Assembly (NCBI GenBank): GCA_000146045.2
Contig: BK006936.2
Span: forward strand, 32,001-96,000
From: TPA_inf: Saccharomyces
Lineage: Eukaryota
Direction: 5' to 3'
Length of the DNA stretch: 64,000 nucleotides
Position 1 is the stretch's first letter, and the number at the start of each line of letters is the position of its first letter. Below the pieces are notes generated by a model. That model searched no databases and was not told the origin of the DNA. It saw nothing but the letters and a program-made list of their open reading frames with translations. Positions 25,001-31,875 of the stretch are shown here, in pieces. Both the position numbers and the translations under genes were made by a program.

Positions 25001-27382
25001 TGAAGAGGCTTCGAAGTAATTGATGGCAGAAGTTCCTGTTTGAGATTTGTTTTTTTGCATCCTGATAAAATCATTAACGATTTCCTTCATATTAATTTTG
25101 TCAAGCACTAAATGGTCTACATTTATGGTCCGTATCGATAAAACCTCCTCAAAAAATGATTGGTAGGAGTTTTGGCTATCAAAACTAAGTTGTGGAATAG
25201 TTATTAAGGTTGTTCTCTTATATGCTGCAATAAACTCAGAAAAAGTGGAATCTCCACAAAGATTATCAACTATTTGTATTAATTTTGCTACCCAAGTAAA
25301 TTTTTGTAGTGGAGATGAAAATGCATCACTTTCAATATTTTCCAGTAATCTGTAAAGAATTTCATTATAACGTGTGAGGTCTAAGGAAACTTTTGGTAAA
25401 TTAAAAAAGGGAGTGTTAAAACATTCTGACTTTTCTTCTGGTTTTACGCCTAAAAGAAATTCCCTCTGCTCTTGAAAATGTTGCCAAATCTTGTGGCTTT
25501 CATCCCAACATAGTGAGACAGGATTAGCTCCTTCGCCTTTTTTATCGTTGAAAGGGTTCTCTGGGTCATATTTGTTACCTAACCAGGATATAAAATTGCA
25601 GAACTGATCCTGTTTAGCATCAGTTCCGCGCAACTGGTTCCACTTTGATTTTAGCCACTCAAAAATTCTATCAGCGGACGATATACCGTTCATAGATTGG
25701 AAGTCTTTACCAACGTACTGAAGGTATCCCCATAGCATGAACGATTCATTAGTAACTAATATGGGACCCAAAATATCGGATAATTCGTAAAGATCATATA
25801 TCTGATTGATAGTTTTCTCATCGGATAAAAGCTGCTTTGAAAACTTTATGGAGTTGGCTAATAAAAGACAACTTAACTGGCAAGATTCATTTGATTTTAC
25901 TAATGGTAAGCAAACTTTAAATAGGCGTGCCATGTCGCCATTGCTTAATTCGCATTCTTTTTGGGATAATAAAGGAATAAAAGAAAAACAAACCCAATTA
26001 AAGCATTGGATTTTTTCGAATTTTGAAAACAGAAGTTCTTTCAGCTGTTCTGCAAAACTTTTAGTGAAGTCTTGTAAAGTTCCATAAAATGAGCACAATT
26101 GTAATCCTAGCACTTCAAACTCATGTGAGCTGTTCTCCTCTAAAAGATGAATAAGAAATGTGTCCATATCGTCAGAAATCCGTAGGATAGAAGGTATATC
26201 CGAATCACATTTTCTTCTTTTAAATAATAATGAGTAATTTTCATTTTTTCTGTTCAATGCAAAATATGTTAACAATGATTTGGTAATTCCGAGTATTTTT
26301 AACCACACCGATCTGCCTCCCCTATCTCTAAGTCTAAAATCAGGTAATGCAAACCATGAATTTTTATCCCTTGAACCTCGAATATATGAGAATTCCACAT
26401 GGTTTACGGTAAATAATTGAGGCTTATAATTACTTAAGCGCAGTAGAATGTACTCACGGTATAGAGATACAAGAGATTCGGACCGAAGCTCTTCAACATA
26501 ATTCTCTTGACCAATCATATAAGGAAGTTTATGGTTCATTAGTTCACTTGACATAACATCAAACAGTGATAATTGGTCTTGTACTAGCTCATTGGAAGTA
26601 CAGCCAATTGTCAGGTTGTAACTCCATGCTTCTTTTATAAGCATTAGCGTATCAATAACACTAAAACAATGGCACTTCAAAATTAATTGATTTATTAATG
26701 ACATTATTAATCTCGTATTTCCATTTTCTTTTTTGCTGAGCCTCAAAAAATCTATTACGGTCCAAGTAATTGTCCTTGTCACTTGAAATATACCAACTGT
26801 GTCTAACGCCAATAAATTCAGGAGGATCGATATGAAATTGGTCAATGTTTTGTCTACCATAGATAATTTCATTTGGCTTTGAAAGTACTCGCAAATTTTA
26901 TCGACTAAGGATATCCATTGGTGTATCATGAATTTCAGTTTGAAAGGGTCACTTTTAATTAGGGCATCCAAAGCAAACGATAAATGTACTGAAACGGCAT
27001 CCAATAAACTTTTGGAACCATCTTTGACCATTAATTCAGGTACTACTGCTAAAAGTAACTTCAACGTTTTCACTTTAAATCTCTCACATGATTTTTCTAC
27101 AAATAATCTTAAAACGTACGATATCGTGGAGAGTCTGTTCTCACTAAGTGATAGCTTGTTTGTGGTTGACACTGTCAAGTTTCGAAGAAGGTCACAGTAT
27201 TTTGTGTGTTCAGATGCAAGTAACTCTACCAAAGCTTCTGCCGTTGTAGATAGGGCCTTGGTTGGTATCCTTTCCGGATCTTCTTTTAAAATTGTTGTTA
27301 GCTCATCTAAAGCATTGTTTCTCTCTTTGATTTTTGTTGATGATAGAAAGTTTAAAGTTTCTACAATCCCATGATCCTCCAT
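19019..27382 (-). CDS. TEL1: ATM-family PI3K-like protein kinase, DNA-damage checkpoint and telomere length (2787 aa)
   Basis: 2787-aa ORF with a C-terminal PI3/4-kinase catalytic domain (...[32 protein letters not shown]...) and a FATC tail ending ...IYMGWSPFY. Confidence 0.95.
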   Translation of the reverse strand: [2787 protein letters not shown]

Positions 27383-27821
27383 CGTCTATGTTACACTGAT
27401 TTCCCTTTTTCTTTGAAGGCTTTTTTTTCGAATTTCCTGCTTTTTTTGCGAGGCTTTGAGAAGTCAATTAGTCTTGATTATTCTATTAACTTGGAACTAA
27501 TTTACCTTGAAAAATGTCAAAATATGCATATTGTACGGCTGGTGCCATACTTGTTTCTCACTAGCAAAACATTCTATCATCTGTTATTCTTACCTTCTTA
27601 ACGTGTCTGTTTGCTTTTTTGACGTACCCCAAAAAATATATAGACCCTCCTATCACGCTCATAATATCATGTGATTCTCTCGATGAACGATAATAGTAAT
27701 ATTTTCATCTAAAAATGCAATGAATTATTGAGTTTCTTTAATCTGTTTAAGAGATTGTTATTTATAAAGAAAATATATATAATTGAAGAATCTAAGAGTA
27801 TGAGTCAAAATAATTTCCTTT

Positions 27822-28739
27822 TTACACAACAACACCGGAGTTAGATGCAACTCTTGGCCATAAATCGGCACATTCCTTACCGACTGGACCAGTGATGGCG
27901 GAACCCTTCATTTCACCCTTAGGATTAGCGATGACACCAGCATTGTCTTCGAAGTACAAAAAGACACCGTCTCTTCTTCTCCAAGACTTAGCTTGACGGA
28001 CAACAATAGCTGGCATAACCTTCTTTCTCAATTCTGGCTTACCCTTCTTAACGGTGGCCATAACCATATCACCTAGAGAGGCGGCTGGCAATCTGTTCAA
28101 TCTGGAACCAGAGCCTTTGACGGCGATAATGTACAAGTTTCTGGCACCACTGTTGTCAGCACAGTTCATGATGGCACCGACTGGTAGACCTAACTAGTTA
28201 AAAAAGATCTCAATATCGGGGAGTGAGAATAATTTTGTTAGTAAAAGCATAGGGAGAAAGTTAGCAGATGTGGTTAATCTTGAAAAATAGAGTTAAGCGT
28301 GATTTTTGTAGAAATAACATTTCGATGGTTATCCATTAGTATGGGCAAAAGAGGGAGTTAGGATATGCTTGCCGTGTATGATTTTGAAACCAGAAATTTT
28401 TGAGTCCATGAATATTGACAGGTATCACTTCATCTGCAAATACAGCCCGCTTAACCATTTAAAAACTGAATTTATGTGTGTAATTGCATCTTTGGCGGGG
28501 CGGTACCAGTGATGGCACATCTACCATTCTTATGGAAAATAACACCGATAGGTATATGATCAGGCTTCACACTTAGTGTTTAGCGTCTTTTAAACCTCTG
28601 TTTAATTCTGTTGTACCCAGCAAAATGAAATCTTGGAACTTTACTTTATGATCAATTTAACCAAATTGCATTGTGGAAAATAAAAATTTTAACATACTGA
28701 GATTCTAAACTTAGTACCTTGAGCACCGTTACCGGACAT
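27822..28739 (-). CDS. RPL23A: 60S ribosomal protein L23 (uL14). Two exons: 28698-28739 and 27822-28193. 137 aa.
   Basis: Exon 1 is ATGTCCGGTAACGGTGCTCAAGGTACTAAGTTTAGAATCTCA ([14 protein letters not shown]). Exon 2 begins TTAGGTCTACCAGTCGGTGCCATCATGAAC ([16 protein letters not shown]...). Confidence 0.9.
28194..28697 (-). other. RPL23A intron (504 nt)
   Basis: Minus strand: GTATGTTAAAATTTT...TTTTACTAACAAAATTATTCTCACTCCCCGATATTGAGATCTTTTTTAACTAG. GTATGT 5'SS, TACTAAC branchpoint, TAG 3'SS. Confidence 0.9.
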
Positions 28740-29201
28740 TATTAGTTATATATAGGTGTGTTGGTTTTGTATTGCTTGTAAGACCTAAGAGTCAAAATAA
28801 AGAAAGTAAGAGATTTTTAGCTACTAACCTTAGCAATACGATGGTATTACTATTAGCGGGAACAGGTACATTATGGCTACAGTTCGTTTCCTGCCATATT
28901 AATTTTTCAGCCCGAGCGTGTTTGGGTTTGATATTTTCTTTTTTACCTCTTTTTCAACATTTCCATGCAAGTCTGATGACGGTTGTACGGCTCGTTCTGT
29001 GAGCCGGATAAGCGATAAAAAAACTTGGTCTGTTGAAAATAATAACTGCATGGGTTTTTCAAAGCAGTTGGGGGTGTACAGATGTTAATGTAGTCTGATA
29101 TATGCTCTGTCTTGTCTTTTTATCTGGGGGATCATTAACATGGTAATAGTGATTGGTATTGCAAGCTTAAGATTATAATTACATAAAACAATACAAATAT
29201 T

Positions 29202-30602
29202 CTAGCCCGATGGGGTTATTATAGACCAGTTTTTGTTTTCTCTTATTCTATCTGTTAAAAAGTCCGTGGGGTTATTGTCTTCGACAGAGTTATTATCCTT
29301 GTCGCTCCCTTTATCATTAGCCGTATTTTCGTTATCCTCGTCATTATGAGTCCTCAGTTTTGCACGTTGTGCTCGTGACATATGACTCCAATTCTGCTTT
29401 TTCTCCAAATACTCTCTTTTGCCCATTGTGCTGTAGCCGTCATCGCTTGGATTTGGAGGCCAACTACTTGCCTTGTTCCCAAGGTTATTGCCATAATTTG
29501 GATTGTAGTACTCTTCTTCCATTTCGTTCAATCTCAATGCCTGTAAATCGATTAAATTTATGCCCTTCTCGTTCTTAGCCCAACCGTTTCCGCCTTGTAA
29601 AATATCTTCCACGCATTCTCTTGGCGTAAATTCACCTGGTCGAGGATCCCACGGTAATTTAAACGTTTTCTGGTACAAGCTCTCAATCAGTGGGCTCATA
29701 GAGGAAGATATTGTTGTTGACAGCCCTGGCTTTGTTGTCATTTCGCTACTCTTGTGGTTGGTAGAAGTCGGTGATTTAATACTTGTGCTGTTTCCTGTCG
29801 CATTTGTACCGGGTTTCGCTACAGTTGTTCCAATACCGTTAAAATTGGAGAATGTATTCTTGGGTGACATCTGGTTTGTTGTTGATGTGGGGCTAGATAG
29901 TTCAGACGTGTTATCCAGTATAGTATTTATTCCTGGCCTGTAATTAGCGAGCTGGCCATTAGTAAACGATTTGGAAATGTTGAAATCTTCGTAAGAGCCT
30001 CTAACTAGCTTCAACTGCAATGAGACGTTGATTATAGAATTGACCTTTGAGTGCTTTAGGAGAAATCTGTTTGTTGTGGGAGTTTCGTCTTCTTTGACGT
30101 ATTCTGTTATATCTATGTCTACTGTTCCCAATAGAAGTTTACCCGTTATCTTTTGAGAATATGAATTGTTTCCTGTGGCCGTTAGTGCAGTGGCGTTAGC
30201 ATAGGTCGTTTTCTTCACTTTGCCATTGGGACTAGAACTAGAAGTCAACGAGGAATTCGCATCAGCAAACTCAAAAAAAACATCCAACACCAAAATTTTC
30301 TTCAAGAATCTGCCGTTTTTATCCAAGTGGAGCTTCACCAGGATTGGTTTGTCTAATGAATAATTCCATTGTGCTCTATGATGTTGCACATGCACGTGTT
30401 TTGTTGTACCTCTACTCTGGGTCGAAGTGGTTTGATGCTCACCGTCCAGAGCCACTTTGTGTCCCGACGTACCTGTTCCATCCTTCAAACGCCATTTCGT
30501 GTAGCAATAGCCAGAAGATTGAGGAATATTTACCAATTCTTTGATTTGCAGGTCCAGTAGAAACTTTGGTCTTTTTGCCTTGCTATTATGATTAAATGGC
30601 AT
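29202..30602 (-). CDS. Uncharacterized S/T/N-rich protein (YBL086C-like), 466 aa
   Basis: 466-aa ORF MPFNHNSKAKRPKFLLDLQIKELVNIPQSSGYCYTKWRLKDG... The N-terminal region is C2-like. The central region is low-complexity and S/T-rich. Confidence 0.75.
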   Translation of the reverse strand: MPFNHNSKAKRPKFLLDLQIKELVNIPQSSGYCYTKWRLKDGTGTSGHKVALDGEHQTTSTQSRGTTKHVHVQHHRAQWNYSLDKPILVKLHLDKNGRFLKKILVLDVFFEFADANSSLTSSSSPNGKVKKTTYANATALTATGNNSYSQKITGKLLLGTVDIDITEYVKEDETPTTNRFLLKHSKVNSIINVSLQLKLVRGSYEDFNISKSFTNGQLANYRPGINTILDNTSELSSPTSTTNQMSPKNTFSNFNGIGTTVAKPGTNATGNSTSIKSPTSTNHKSSEMTTKPGLSTTISSSMSPLIESLYQKTFKLPWDPRPGEFTPRECVEDILQGGNGWAKNEKGINLIDLQALRLNEMEEEYYNPNYGNNLGNKASSWPPNPSDDGYSTMGKREYLEKKQNWSHMSRAQRAKLRTHNDEDNENTANDKGSDKDNNSVEDNNPTDFLTDRIRENKNWSIITPSG

Positions 30603-30799
30603 CTTAATATTTTGTGAGCGGTATTATACCTTTCTTGGGTACCTAATACTTCTAAGCAACCTGAATGAAATTAGAAGGTGTTCACTCCTTCATTAGCAAG
30701 TGAGCTTTGCCGTTGTCACCGTACTTGGTCATCTTAAGAGATACAAAGGGGGGGGACCCTGAGAAAACTTCTCCCGAAAAAAAAAAAAGAAATATACCC

Positions 30800-30816
30800 A
30801 CGCGTTCTTTACCCGG
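30800..30816. promoter_or_regulatory. MCB-like ACGCGT element adjacent to a consensus Reb1 site (TTACCCGG) in the YBL086C promoter
   Basis: ACGCGT at 30800-30805. TTACCCGG at 30809-30816. About 200 bp upstream of the YBL086C ATG (minus strand). Confidence 0.45.
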
Positions 30817-31502
30817 AAATAAATATCTTGATTTAGCCGCCGAGATTGTTATATATGCATCCAAGACCTCTGAATGGTGGCTAATTAAGACACTTAACTG
30901 ATTACGTTTCCATCAACTGCTATCATGTTCGCAATATTTGGGCAAGAAATGAAAAAGAAAAGTTACCAACTCTTCTCCCTTCTACGAGCGGTGAATACAT
31001 GGGAGCCGAGCCGCATGAAGATGAAAGTAATATTAAAATTAAAGTCTCTATCGAAGCAGTGACTCTCTCCCTATCAGCCGGTAAATTTTTTTAACGAAGT
31101 GGAGCTAAATTATCAGAAAACGTAGAGCTGGTATGCTGGTAGATCTAAACGAAGTCCAGTTTACATCAAGATGATATCGTGCAATATTTACTACGGCATG
31201 ACTTAACAGTACAGTCATGATTTAGGAATTTGAGTGTTCTCCGGGGTTTTGCAGATAAAAATTTGTTTTCTTCTCTGCCATTCCTGGAGATTTTGAAAAG
31301 AGTTGGTAATGTGTTTCAAAAGAAAAAAATACATTCCAAGAATAAATACCAGGATTTCGTGACAAAAATTAAAAAAAAGGGAAGTATGGCATGCCTAGAA
31401 ATCTTTTCTGGAAAACTTGAAGCATATCATATAATTGTATGAACTTGTCCTTCAAAAGATGTTACCAAATATTCAAGAGTATGTGAGCTTTCTATTCTAT
31501 TG

Positions 31503-31526
31503 ACGCGTAAGAAAGGCTATCACGTG
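31503..31526. promoter_or_regulatory. MCB element (GACGCGTAA) followed by a Cbf1/Pho4-type E-box TCACGTG in the BOI1 upstream region
   Basis: tgACGCGTaa at 31502-31511. atCACGTGtg at 31519-31528. About 350-370 bp upstream of the BOI1 ATG. Confidence 0.4.
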
Positions 31527-31875
31527 TGGGGGGGAGAGCTCAGCCACATTGCACTACTTTCGAAACCGCGTAGTCGGAAACGACATTCCCCCGTACCAAA
31601 ACAAACGAAAGGACGTGAAAGGTAAATGAATAACATGGCACTAAAAATTTGGCAGAAAACGAAAAAAAAAAGGAAAAAGAAACTGAAAACTATACGCTTC
31701 CCTTAGGATACTTTCTGATTTACATCCGAAGAATTGGGTGCGTCAATTAAAGGCAATTCTTCGCTCTATCAAGCAGTTTTACTGCGTCTGTCTAAAGAAA
31801 CAATTGTTTTACTGAATTTCAACAAAGTTCTAACTCGAGGTGACCGGAGGCCACTGTAATAATAAAAAATAGAAG

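Noticed and set aside
28194-28697. Possible snoRNA hosted in the 504-nt RPL23A intron
   Set aside because: I scanned the intron on the gene strand for C (RUGAUGA) and D (CUGA) box pairs with a terminal stem, and for H/ACA boxes. No convincing arrangement was found.
30603-31875. ARS consensus sequence (WTTTAYRTTTW) in the large AT-rich intergenic regions 6691-7144, 8528-8830 and 30603-31875
   Set aside because: Only 9 or 10 out of 11 matches were found, for example gTTTACATTTT at 8683-8693. Such near-matches are frequent in AT-rich yeast DNA, so no origin is called.
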